64,000 bases of DNA from an uncultured Solirubrobacteraceae bacterium (GCA_963720415.1 CAVRFQ010000011.1:16169-80168); one strand, 5' to 3'; counted from the first letter of the stretch, positions 1 through 8,198 are shown. The notes: a model not told the origin generated them from the sequence alone. Translations and numbers: made by a program.

Positions 1-879
1 CGGCAGCAGCGAGCGGTCGGTGTGCAGGACGGCCTCGTTGGGCTGGTACGGGAACGCGCCGAGGATCTCGTGCTCGCGGTCGGTCGGGTCGGCGAGCATG
101 CCGAGCGCCTGGTCGGCGTGGGCGGCGACGATCACGTGGTCGAACCGCTCGCCGTCGACCGTCACGTGGTCCTCGTGCCGCGCGATCTCGCGGACCGGCG
201 TCCCGAGCCGCAGGCGGTCGGCGAACGGCCGGGTGAGCGCCTCGACGTAGCGCTGGGAGCCGCCGCGGACGGTGCGCCACTGCGGGCGGCCGCGGAAGCC
301 GAGCATCCCGTGGTTGTCGAAGAACTCGGCCAGGAAGCGGGCGGGGAAGCTCCCCATCTGGGCGGGGTCGGCCGACCACACCGCCGCTGCCTGCGGGACG
401 ATCAGGCGGTCGACGAAGGCGGTCGAGTAGCCGCGGTCCTCGAGCCAGCCGCGAAGCGACGGATCCTCGCGCGAGGCGAGCAGCCGGCGGGCGTCCTGGT
501 TGAAGCGCACGAGGTCGGCCACCATGCGGTGGAACCAGGGCGTGACGAGGTGCGCGCGCTTGGCGAAGAGGCCGTTCGGCGACGAGCCGTTGTACTCGAA
601 GTCGCCGTGCTCGTCGGCCACCGAGAACGTCATGCTCGAGGGCTGCGAGGCCACTTTGACGCGCTCGAGCAGGCGCTCGAAGCGCGGGTAGTTGCGGTCG
701 TTGAAGACGATGAAGCCCGTGTCCACTTGGTGGACGCCGGTCTCGGTCTCGACCGTGACGGTGTTCGTGTGGCCGCCCGCGTACGTGCCGGCCTCGAACA
801 CCGTGACCTCGTGGGTGCGATGGAGGAGATGGGCGGCGACGAGGCCTGAGACGCCGGCGCCGGCGATGGCGATCCTCAT
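1..879 (-). CDS. FAD/NAD(P)-binding amine-oxidase-like oxidoreductase (3' end outside window)
   Basis: Absent from ORF track because it runs off the left edge. Reverse-strand translation from ATG 879..877 reads MRIAIAGAGVSGLVAAHLL..VTVFEAG.YAGGHTNT (Rossmann GxGxxG N-terminus). The 22..849 + ORF is its antisense shadow. Confidence 0.75.
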   Translation of the reverse strand, partial: MRIAIAGAGVSGLVAAHLLHRTHEVTVFEAGTYAGGHTNTVTVETETGVHQVDTGFIVFNDRNYPRFERLLERVKVASQPSSMTFSVADEHGDFEYNGSSPNGLFAKRAHLVTPWFHRMVADLVRFNQDARRLLASREDPSLRGWLEDRGYSTAFVDRLIVPQAAAVWSADPAQMGSFPARFLAEFFDNHGMLGFRGRPQWRTVRGGSQRYVEALTRPFADRLRLGTPVREIARHEDHVTVDGERFDHVIVAAHADQALGMLADPTDREHEILGAFPYQPNEAVLHTDRSLLP

Positions 880-907
880 GTGCATCTTCTTCGATCCTCG
901 GGGCCGC

Positions 908-924
908 GCGGATCACTGATCCGC
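908..924. promoter_or_regulatory. 17-bp perfect palindrome GCGGATCA-C-TGATCCGC in divergent intergenic region (possible operator)
   Basis: Read directly. Lies between minus-strand ATG at 879 and plus-strand ATG at 951. Confidence 0.3.
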
Positions 925-950
925 CCCGGCGCGCTGCGCGTAGAGGGGAT

Positions 951-1319
951 ATGAGCCGGATCGCGGCGTACGCCGTCCTGTCGTTGCGCGTCGCCTATGG
1001 CGCGGCGCTGCTGGTCGCCCCCGGGCGCGTCACGCGCACGTGGCTGGGCCCGGCCGGCGGCGACCCGCCCGCCGCGGTCCCGCTGCGCGGGCTCGGCGCC
1101 CGGGAGGTCGTGATCCACGGCGCCGCGCTGGCCGTCGCCGCGCGCGGCGGCGCGCTGCGACCATGGCTGGCGATGAGCATCGCCGGCGATCTCGCGGACA
1201 TCGCCTCGACGGTCGCCGGGCGCCACGGGCTCCCCGACCGCTCGCCGGCCGCGACCGCGGTCGTCGCCGGCACGTCCGCGGCGATCAGCGCGGCCGTCGC
1301 GGCGGCGGTGGACCGCTGA
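951..1319 (+). CDS. hypothetical small hydrophobic protein
   Basis: 122-aa ATG-initiated ORF with hydrophobic stretches (AYAVLSLRVAYGAALLVAP, VVIHGAALAVAA, AVVAGTSAAISAAVAAAV). No domain recognised. Confidence 0.45.
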   Translation: MSRIAAYAVLSLRVAYGAALLVAPGRVTRTWLGPAGGDPPAAVPLRGLGAREVVIHGAALAVAARGGALRPWLAMSIAGDLADIASTVAGRHGLPDRSPAATAVVAGTSAAISAAVAAAVDR

Positions 1320-2023
1320 TCGTCCTCCTGCACACGCTCGGCACCGACCATCGCATGTGGGACCCGGTGCTGCCGCTGCTGGACGACGCGATCGCGCTCG
1401 ACCTCCCCGGGCACGGCTCGGCGCCGATGGTCGCGGACGCCTCGCCGGCCGGGCTGGCGGCCGCGATCGCGGCGCAGCTCGCCGAGCGGGGCATCGCGGA
1501 AGCGCACGTGGCCGGGAACTCGCTCGGCGGCTGGGTCGCGCTCGAGCTCGGGCTGTCGGGCGCCGCCGCGTCGGTCACCGCGATCGCGCCCGCCGGGCTG
1601 TGGGCCGAGCCGCTCGTGCCCAAGCGCTCGTCGGCGCGCGCCGTCGCGCGCGGGCTCCTGCCGGCGCTCGGGCCGCTGCTGCGCGCGGATCGCTTCCGGC
1701 GGCTGGTGCTCGCGACGAACGCCGCGCATCCGGAGCGGATCCCGCCCGACGCCGCCCGCCGCCTCGTCCGCGCCTACGCGACGGCGCCCGGCTTCCAGCC
1801 GATCAACGACGCGATGCGCGCCGGCCGCTTCACCCGGCTCGCCGACGTCCGCGTGCCGGTGACGCTCGCGTGGCCGGATCGCGACCGGCTCGTGGCGCGG
1901 CCGCGCTCGCTCCCGCCCGGCGTGCGCAGCGTCGTGCTGCGCGACTGCGGGCACCTGCCGACGTGGGACGACCCCGAGCAGGTGGCGCGCGTGCTGCTCG
2001 AGGGCAGCGCCGCTCAGGTCTGA
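1316..2023 (+). CDS. alpha/beta-fold hydrolase (start uncertain)
   Basis: Tail of ORF 1040..2023: PLIVLLHTLGTDHRMWDPVLPLL, nucleophile elbow GNSLGG, C-terminal DCGHLPTWDDPE. In-frame upstream sequence is Arg-rich junk and no ATG/GTG lies near the fold start. CTG 1316 overlaps the TGA (1317-1319) of the preceding ORF. Confidence 0.75.
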   Translation: MIVLLHTLGTDHRMWDPVLPLLDDAIALDLPGHGSAPMVADASPAGLAAAIAAQLAERGIAEAHVAGNSLGGWVALELGLSGAAASVTAIAPAGLWAEPLVPKRSSARAVARGLLPALGPLLRADRFRRLVLATNAAHPERIPPDAARRLVRAYATAPGFQPINDAMRAGRFTRLADVRVPVTLAWPDRDRLVARPRSLPPGVRSVVLRDCGHLPTWDDPEQVARVLLEGSAAQV

Positions 2024-2268
2024 GCGGGGCGCAGCATGCGCCAGTGCGTCGGGCCGTCCGGCAGCAGCCGCGCGGCGGCCTCGATGACCTCGAAGCCGTG
2101 CCGCTCGTACAGCCGCGTCGCGCTCGGTGTCGGTCTCGAGGTAGCAGGGGCCGTCATGCCGCGCGGGTCCGGCCACAGCGAGAGGCTCGCCGGGTCCTCC
2201 GCGAAGGCCCGCGCGAGCGTGTCCGCCGCTTCTCCGAGCCGGCGGAGCTCGAGCCCGGCGACGGTCAT
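2014..2268 (-). pseudogene. GNAT N-acetyltransferase remnant (internal deletion plus local frame scrambling)
   Basis: 84-codon ORF. N-term MTVAGLELRRLGEAADTLARAFAEDPASLSLWPDPR and C-term RLYERHGFEVIEAAARLL are GNAT-like, but the acetyl-CoA-binding core is missing. The expected ..GPCYLETDTERD.. motif is readable only in another frame (about 2117-2150). ATG 2268 overlaps the aldolase stop (ATGA). Confidence 0.5.
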
Positions 2269-3032
2269 TCCGTGTCTCGGAGCGCCTTCGCCGCGGCGGC
2301 CGACGCCGTCGCCAGGACCGCGCTCTCGAACGTGCACGAGAGCATCGTGAAGCCGAGCTCGCGGAAGCCCGCGGCCTGGTCCGGCCGGCCCATGTGGAGC
2401 GCGGCGGTCCTGCCGTGGCGCGCCGCCGCGTCGGCGATCCGGCGCGCGGCGTCCTGGAGCGGCGCGCCGGCGAGGTCGAGCTCGACGCCGAGGTCGGCGG
2501 ACAGGTCGGCCGGGCCCATGAGCAGGGCGTCGACGTCGTCGAGCGCGGCGATCGCGTCGACCTGCTCGAGCGCGCTCGCCCGCTCGATCTGGATGATGCA
2601 GCCGAGCGCGGCGTCGGCGTCGGGGCGGAAGGCCGGCCCGGCGCCGCCGAAGCGGTTCCCGCGCGAGAACGGCGAGATCCCGCGCGTGCCCGCGTAGCGG
2701 ACGCCGGCGGCGACTCGCTCGGCCTCGGCGGTCCCGGCGACCTGCGGGACGATCACGCCGGACGCGCCCGCGTCGAGCATCCGCCCGGCCTGCGCCGGCC
2801 CGTCGGGCACGCGCACGACGACCGCGGCGTGCGCGCCCGCGGCGGCGATCTGCGCGCGGGCCGCCGCCTCGTCCCCGGCGCCGTGCTCGAGGTCGACGAC
2901 GACCACGTCGAAGCCGCTCATCGCGGTGACCTCGGCGCTGACCGGGGAGCCGAGATCGAGGAACGCGACGGCCAGCGGATCGCGCCGCCGGAGCCGCTCG
3001 CGGAGGCCGGTGAAGGTCACGCCGTGCATCAT
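2265..3032 (-). CDS. HpcH/HpaI-family aldolase / citrate-lyase-beta-like
   Basis: MMHGVTFTGLRERLRRRDPLAVAFLDLGSPVSAEVTAMSGFDVVVVDLEHGAGD..IIQIERASALEQVDAIAALDDVDALLMGPADLS. Start set at ATG 3032, because the upstream part of ORF 2265..3203 is low complexity. Confidence 0.85.
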   Translation of the reverse strand: MMHGVTFTGLRERLRRRDPLAVAFLDLGSPVSAEVTAMSGFDVVVVDLEHGAGDEAAARAQIAAAGAHAAVVVRVPDGPAQAGRMLDAGASGVIVPQVAGTAEAERVAAGVRYAGTRGISPFSRGNRFGGAGPAFRPDADAALGCIIQIERASALEQVDAIAALDDVDALLMGPADLSADLGVELDLAGAPLQDAARRIADAAARHGRTAALHMGRPDQAAGFRELGFTMLSCTFESAVLATASAAAAKALRDTE

Positions 3033-4179
3033 GTCGGACGTGGTCGCCTCCCGCCTCGCCGGCTTCGGCACGACGATCTTCACCGAGATGTCCGCTCTCG
3101 CCGAGCGGACGGGCTCGATCAACCTCGGCCAGGGCTTCCCCGACGAGGACGGCCCGGCCGAGGTGCTCGAGGCCGCGGCCGCCGCGATGCGCGCGGGCCA
3201 CAACCAGTACGCGCCGCTCGCCGGCGTGCCAGCGCTGCGGAACGCGATCGCCGAGCACCAGAAGCGGTTCTACGGGCTCGACGTGGAGGACGTCCAGGTG
3301 ACGTTCGGGGCCACCGAGGCGATCGCCTCGGCGATGCTCGGGCTGCTCGAGCCCGGCGACGAGGTCGTGGTCTTCGAGCCGCTGTACGACTCGTACGCCG
3401 CGTGCATCGAGATGGCCGGCGCCCGCCGGCGGGTGGTCACGCTGCGCCCGCCGGACTGGGCGGTCGACCCGGACGAGCTCCGGGCGGCGATCGGGCCCCG
3501 CGCGCGGCTCGTGCTGCTGAACACGCCGCACAACCCGACGGGCAAGGTGTTCTCGCGCGACGAGCTGACGCTGATCGCCTCGCTCTGCGTCGAGCACGAC
3601 CTGATCGCGGTCTCGGACGAGGTCTACGAGCACCTCGTCTACGACGGCGAGCACCTCCCGCTCGCGGGGTTCGACGGGATGGCGGCGCGGACGATCACGA
3701 TCTCCTCGCTCGGCAAGACGTTCTCCGTCACCGGGTGGAAGACGGGCTGGGCGACCGGGCCGCCGGCGCTGGTCGGCGCCGTCCGGGCGGCGAAGCAGTA
3801 CCTCTCGTTCGCGGGCGGGACGCCGTTCCAGCACGCGGGCGCGCTCGCCCTCGGCCTCGGCGACGCGTTCTACGCGAGGCTGACCGCGGACTTCACCGCC
3901 AAGCGCGACCAGCTCTGCGCGGGGCTCGAGGCCGCCGGCCTGCAGCCGCTGCGGCCGGCGGGGACGTACTTCGTCAACGCCCGGGTGGAGGGCGACGCCG
4001 CCGCGTTCTGCCGCGACCTGCCGGCGCTGGCCGGGGTCGTGGCGATCCCCACGTCGGTGTTCTACGACTCGGACGCCGGCGACTCGCTCGTGCGGTTCGC
4101 GTTCTGCAAGCGGGAGAGCGTGATCGCGGACGCGTCTGCGCGGCTGGCCCGCCTGAGGACGTCAGCCCCGGCTGGGTAG
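3031..4179 (+). CDS. PLP-dependent aminotransferase, class I/II
   Basis: MSDVVASRLAGFGTTIFTEMSALAERTGSINLGQGFPDEDGP..LLNTPHNPTGKVF..ISSLGKTFSVTGWKTGW (PLP-lysine region). ATG 3031 chosen inside ORF 2926..4179. Confidence 0.9.
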   Translation: MSDVVASRLAGFGTTIFTEMSALAERTGSINLGQGFPDEDGPAEVLEAAAAAMRAGHNQYAPLAGVPALRNAIAEHQKRFYGLDVEDVQVTFGATEAIASAMLGLLEPGDEVVVFEPLYDSYAACIEMAGARRRVVTLRPPDWAVDPDELRAAIGPRARLVLLNTPHNPTGKVFSRDELTLIASLCVEHDLIAVSDEVYEHLVYDGEHLPLAGFDGMAARTITISSLGKTFSVTGWKTGWATGPPALVGAVRAAKQYLSFAGGTPFQHAGALALGLGDAFYARLTADFTAKRDQLCAGLEAAGLQPLRPAGTYFVNARVEGDAAAFCRDLPALAGVVAIPTSVFYDSDAGDSLVRFAFCKRESVIADASARLARLRTSAPAG

Positions 4180-4183
4180 TGAG

Positions 4184-4203
4184 CCGGCCGCGCCGGCGGC
4201 CGG
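4184..4203 (+). terminator. GC hairpin after aminotransferase stop (CCGGCCGC-gccg-GCGGCCGG)
   Basis: 8-bp perfect stem and 4-nt loop, 5 nt after TAG 4177-4179. No T-tract. Confidence 0.35.
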
Positions 4204-4230
4204 CGCTCCCGCTTCCTTACGCAGCCGCAG

Positions 4231-4259
4231 TTGACGTTCGAGAACCGCCCGCCTAAGGT
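4231..4259 (+). promoter_or_regulatory. sigma-70/SigA-like promoter: -35 TTGACG, 17-nt spacer, -10 TAAGGT
   Basis: Read directly. The -10 ends 8 nt before GTG 4268, implying a leaderless or near-leaderless mRNA for the Gfo/Idh/MocA operon. Confidence 0.5.
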
Positions 4260-4267
4260 CCCGCCTC

Positions 4268-4283
4268 GTGGCAAACGTTTACC
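4268..4283. promoter_or_regulatory. LacI-family operator candidate GTGGCAAACGTTTACC
   Basis: Imperfect palindrome around a central CG (AAACGTTT core). 15/16 identical to the site at 8168. Overlaps the predicted +1/start codon. Confidence 0.6.
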
Positions 4284-5395
4284 GAGTGGGCGTCGTGATG
4301 AACGGCGTGACCGGGCGGATGGGGACGAACCAGCACCTCGTGCGCTCGATCCTGGCCATCCGCGAGCAGGGCGGCGTGGACGGCATCCTCCCCGAGCCGC
4401 TGCTCGTCGGGCGCGACGAGGAGAAGCTGCGCGCGCTCGCCGAGCCGCACGGGCTCCCCTACACGACCGACCTCGACGCGGCGCTCGCCGACGACGCGTA
4501 CGAGGTCTACTTCGACGCCCAGGTGACGAGCCGCCGCGAGGCGGCGGTGCGCAAGGCGATCGCGGCCGGGCGCCACGTCTACTGCGAGAAGCCGATCACC
4601 GAGGACCTCGCGTCGGCGCTCGCGCTCGCCGAGCTGGCCGAGGCGGCCGGCATCAAGCACGGCGTCGTGCAGGACAAGCTGTTCCTGCCGGGCCTGCGGA
4701 CGCTCAAGCGCGTGCTCGACGGCGGCGGGCTCGGCCGCGTGCTGTCGGTGCGCGGGGAGTTCGGCTACTGGGTCTTCCCCGGCCCGGACCCGGCGCCGCA
4801 GCGGCCGTCCTGGAACTACCGGGCGGAGGACGGCGGGGGCATCGTCGGCGACATGTTCTCCCACTGGCGGTACGTGCTCGACGAGCTGTTCGGCTCGGTC
4901 CGCGGCGTGTACGCGCTCGGGGCGATCCACCTGCCGGACCGCTACGACGAGCGGGGCGAGCACTACGCCGCGACCGCCGAGGACGCCGCGTACGCGATCT
5001 TCGAGCTCCAGGACGGCGTGATCGCGCAGCTGAACTCCTCGTGGTGCGTGCGGGTGGACCGCGGCGAGCTGTTCGAGCTGCAGGTCGACGGCACCGAGGG
5101 CACGGCCGTCGCCGGGCTGCGCGAGTGCCGCGTGCAGTCCGCCGCCGACACGCCGCGCGCGGTGTGGAACCCCGACCTGGCGGACCCGATCGACCACCGC
5201 GCGGCGTGGTCTCCGGTCCCACCCGGCGAGCCGGACAACGCGTTCAAGGTCCAGTGGGAGCACTACCTGCGCCACGTGGCGCGCGACGAGCCGTTCCCGT
5301 GGGACTTCCGCGCCGCCGCCCGTGGCGTGCAGCTGTCCGAGCTGGGCATGCGGTCGTGGCGCGAGAAGCGCTTCGTCGAGGTCCCGCCGCTGTGA
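4268..5395 (+). CDS. Gfo/Idh/MocA-family oxidoreductase
   Basis: MANVYRVGVVMNGVTGRMGTNQHLVRSILAIREQGG.. (Rossmann N-terminus), ..HVYCEKPIT.. GTG start. Stop overlaps next start (GTGA 5392-5395). Confidence 0.9.
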   Translation: MANVYRVGVVMNGVTGRMGTNQHLVRSILAIREQGGVDGILPEPLLVGRDEEKLRALAEPHGLPYTTDLDAALADDAYEVYFDAQVTSRREAAVRKAIAAGRHVYCEKPITEDLASALALAELAEAAGIKHGVVQDKLFLPGLRTLKRVLDGGGLGRVLSVRGEFGYWVFPGPDPAPQRPSWNYRAEDGGGIVGDMFSHWRYVLDELFGSVRGVYALGAIHLPDRYDERGEHYAATAEDAAYAIFELQDGVIAQLNSSWCVRVDRGELFELQVDGTEGTAVAGLRECRVQSAADTPRAVWNPDLADPIDHRAAWSPVPPGEPDNAFKVQWEHYLRHVARDEPFPWDFRAAARGVQLSELGMRSWREKRFVEVPPL

Positions 5396-6397
5396 TCACG
5401 AGCCGCGTGGCGTTCGCGGCGGCCCACGTGGTCGCGGACCTCGAGGGCGGCATCGACTGGGAGGCGACGCTCGCCTTCCGCCGCCACCTGTGGGAGCACG
5501 ACCTTGGCGTGGCCGAGGCGATGGACACCGCCCAGCGCGGCATGGGCCTCGACTGGCCGGCCGCGCGCGAGCTGATCCGCCGCACGGCCGCCGAGGGCGG
5601 CGGCAGGCTGGCGGCCGGCGCGGCCACCGACCACGCCGAGCCCGCCACGCTCGACGAGGTCCGCGCCGCCTACGAGCACCAGTGCGAGTTCGTCGAGGGC
5701 GAGGGCGCCCAGGTGGTCCTGATGGCCAGCCGCGCGATGGCGGCGATCGCCGCGGGCGCCGACGACTACCGCGAGGTCTACGGCGCCGTCCTCGGCCGGC
5801 TCGAGCGCCCGGCGATCCTGCACTGGCTCGGCGACATGTTCGACCCCGCGCTCGCCGGATACTGGGGGACGTCCGACCTCGACGAGGCGACGGAGACGCT
5901 TCTCGGCATCGTCACGCGACAACGCCGGCAAGGTCGACGGCGTGAAGGTCTCGCTGCTCGACGCCGAGCGCGAGGTCGACATCCGCGCCCGCCTGCCGGA
6001 GGGCGTCCGCCTCTACACCGGCGACGACTTCAACTACCCGGAGCTGATCGCGAGCGGGAGCGACGCGCTGCTCGGCGTGTTCGACGCGATCGCGCCCGCG
6101 GCCTCGGCCGCGCTGCACGCGCTCGACGCCGGCGACCGCGACGGGTACGACCGCATCCTCGCCCCGACGGTCCCGCTCGCCCGCCACCTGTTCGAGGCGC
6201 CGACCTTCAACTACAAGACCGGCATCGTGTTCCTCGCCTGGCTCAACGGCCACCAGGAGCACTTCCGGCTGCTCGGCGGCCTCGAGACCGCCCGGTCGAA
6301 GGACCACCTCGCCGACGTGTTCGTGCTCGCCGACCGCGCCGGGCTCCTGCGCGACCCCGAGCTGGCCCTCGCGCGCATGCGGCAGGCGCTCGCGTGA
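5392..6397 (+). pseudogene. DUF993-like (DapA-like TIM barrel) protein with apparent +1 frameshift near 5917
   Basis: The N-terminal part is in the frame of ORF 4231..7167 (VITSRVAFAAAHVVADLEGGIDWEATLAFRRHLWEHDLGVAEAMDTAQRGMGLDW..LLGIVT). The remainder is in ORF 5942..6397 extended upstream (DNAGKVDGVKVSLLDAEREVDIRARLPEGVRLYTGDDFNYPELI..). Joining requires skipping 1 nt at about 5917. Confidence 0.7.
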
Positions 6398-7167
6398 CCG
6401 CCCTCGCGCGCCTCAGCCTCAACCTCATCACCGTCGACCACTGGAGCCTGCCCGAGGCGGTCGAGCGCTGCGCCGCGGCGGGGATCGCGACCGTCGCGCC
6501 CTGGCGCCACCAGCTCGACGAGGACAGCGCGCGGCGGATCGAGGAGGCCGGCCTCGCGGTCTCCAGCCTCTGCCGCGGCGGCTTCTTCACGGCGCCGGGC
6601 GCCGACGACGACAACCGCCGCGCCGTCGAGCAGGCGGCCGAGCTCGGCGCGCCCGTGCTCGTGCTCGTCTGCGGCCCGCCGGAGGCCGCCGACCTGCGCG
6701 CCGCCCGCGCCACGATCGCGGCCGGGATCGAGCGCCTGCTCCCCTTCGCCGCCGACCACGGCGTCCGCCTCGGCATCGAGCCGCTGCACCCGATGATGGT
6801 CGGCGAGCGCTCGGCCATCGTCACGCTCGGCGAGGCGCTCGCCCTCGCGCGGACGTTCGACGATCCCCACGCGGGCGTGGTGGTCGACGCCTACCACGTG
6901 TTCTGGGACCCGCGGCTCGAGGACGAGCTGGCCGCGGCCGACGGCCTCGTCGCGGGCTACCACGTGTCCGACTGGCTCGTGCCCACGACGAGCCTGCTCG
7001 CGGGCCGGGGCCTGATGGGCGACGGGATCATCGACCTCCCGCGGCTCCAGGCGCTCGTCGACGCGACGGGCTACGACGGGCCGGTCGAGGTCGAGGTCAT
7101 CAACCCCGCCCTCGCCCGGACGCCGCCCGCCGAGCTGCTCGCGGACATCAAGGCGCGCTTCGCGTAG
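6394..7167 (+). CDS. sugar phosphate isomerase/epimerase (xylose-isomerase-like TIM barrel)
   Basis: VTALARLSLNLITVDHWSLPEAVERCAAAGIATVAPWRHQL..LGIEPLHPMM..VVDAYHVFWDP. GTG 6394 overlaps upstream TGA (GTGA). Confidence 0.9.
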   Translation: MTALARLSLNLITVDHWSLPEAVERCAAAGIATVAPWRHQLDEDSARRIEEAGLAVSSLCRGGFFTAPGADDDNRRAVEQAAELGAPVLVLVCGPPEAADLRAARATIAAGIERLLPFAADHGVRLGIEPLHPMMVGERSAIVTLGEALALARTFDDPHAGVVVDAYHVFWDPRLEDELAAADGLVAGYHVSDWLVPTTSLLAGRGLMGDGIIDLPRLQALVDATGYDGPVEVEVINPALARTPPAELLADIKARFA

Positions 7168-8122
7168 TCGCGCGCGGCACGAGCCGGTGGGCCAGCACCA
7201 CGTCGCCGCCGGCGCCCTCGAGGATCACGCGCGCGGCGGTCTCCCCCAGCTCGTGGAGCGGGAGCGAGACGGTGGTGAGGTCGACGAGCCGCGCCGCCCG
7301 GGTGTCGTCGATCCCCGCCACGGAGACGCGGCCGGGGACGTCCACGCCGGCGCGGCGGAGGCGGGTGAGCAGCCCGATCGCGACCTCGTCGTTGACGGCG
7401 AGGACGGCGTCGGGGAGCTCGCCGGCGAGCAGGTCGTCGGCGGCCGCCGCGCCGGCCTCGAACTCGAAGCCGCCGGGCAGGACGAGCGGGTCGGCGGCCC
7501 CCATGGCCTCGCGGAACCCCTCGAGCCGGTGCGCGCTCGTGTGCAGGCCGGGCGGCCCCTCGACGAACGCGATGCGGCGGTGACCGAGCCCGAGCAGGTG
7601 CTCGGTGGCGTCGCGCGCAGCGGCGCGGTTGTCGACCAGCACGCTCGGGCAGTCGAGGTCGCGCGCCGCGAGCGCGACCACGACCGAGCCGCCGGACTGG
7701 AGCTCGGCCACCGCAGCGCGCAGCGACGGCTCCGGATGCTCGTAGCCGCTGCCCGCGAAGATGACGCCGGCCGCGTGGTAGTCGCGCAGCACGCCGAGAT
7801 GACCGAGCTCGGCCGCCGGGCGCCGGTCGGTGTTGCAGACCATCGTCAGGTGCCCGGCCGCCGCCGCGACGTCCTCCACCCCGCGCGCGATCTCCGCGAA
7901 GTACGGGTCGACGATGTCGCCCACGATCACGCCGATGAAGCGGCTCGTGCGCTTCACGAGCGCACGCGCCAGCTCGCTGGGCCGGTAGCCGAGCTCGTCC
8001 GCGGCCGCCAGCACCCGCCCGCGCGTCACTTCCGAGACCGGATGGGTCGAGCCGTTGAGGACGCGCGAAGCCGTGGCGATCGACACGCCCGCGTGGCGGC
8101 TGACGTCGGCGAGAGAGGCCAT
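7148..8122 (-). CDS. LacI-family transcriptional regulator
   Basis: MASLADVSRHAGVSIATASRVLNGSTHPVSEVTRGRVLAAADELGYRPSELARAL (HTH) followed by a periplasmic-binding-protein-like core. Start set at ATG 8122 within ORF 7148..8185. Confidence 0.9.
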   Translation of the reverse strand: MASLADVSRHAGVSIATASRVLNGSTHPVSEVTRGRVLAAADELGYRPSELARALVKRTSRFIGVIVGDIVDPYFAEIARGVEDVAAAAGHLTMVCNTDRRPAAELGHLGVLRDYHAAGVIFAGSGYEHPEPSLRAAVAELQSGGSVVVALAARDLDCPSVLVDNRAAARDATEHLLGLGHRRIAFVEGPPGLHTSAHRLEGFREAMGAADPLVLPGGFEFEAGAAAADDLLAGELPDAVLAVNDEVAIGLLTRLRRAGVDVPGRVSVAGIDDTRAARLVDLTTVSLPLHELGETAARVILEGAGGDVVLAHRLVPRATTRSAP

Positions 8123-8139
8123 CGAGGGGAGCGCGCACC

Positions 8140-8169
8140 TTGACAGAGCGCGCGGTGCGAGGCTAGCGT
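8140..8169 (+). promoter_or_regulatory. sigma-70/SigA-like promoter: -35 TTGACA, 18-nt spacer, -10 TAGCGT
   Basis: Read directly in the 76-nt divergent region between the LacI gene and the aldehyde dehydrogenase gene. The -10 overlaps the operator. Confidence 0.5.
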
Positions 8170-8185
8170 GGCAAACGATTACCAC
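8168..8185. promoter_or_regulatory. LacI-family operator candidate GTGGCAAACGATTACCAC
   Basis: 18-nt imperfect palindrome (GTGG.AA.CG.TT.CCAC). Its first 16 nt differ at one position from the site at 4268. Confidence 0.65.
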
Positions 8186-8198
8186 GGAGGAGAGGGCG

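Noticed and set aside
2014-3834. 606-aa minus-strand ORF
   Set aside because: Only its last 84 codons (the GNAT relic) look like protein. The rest is antisense or out of frame relative to the aldolase and aminotransferase genes.
5905-5925. Programmed +1 ribosomal frameshifting as the explanation for the single-base frame breaks (also 29192, 32283, 49321, 50240)
   Set aside because: No slippery heptamer, rare or stop codon at the shift site, or conserved stimulatory structure was seen. The sites share no common motif beyond GC-rich context. Indel error or mutation is the simpler explanation.
4231-7167. 978-aa plus-strand ORF treated as a single gene
   Set aside because: It is chimeric. The first ~390 codons are an out-of-frame shadow of the Gfo/Idh/MocA gene. 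Only the segments 5392-~5916 (DUF993 N-terminus) and 6394-7167 (isomerase) are real coding sequence in this frame.
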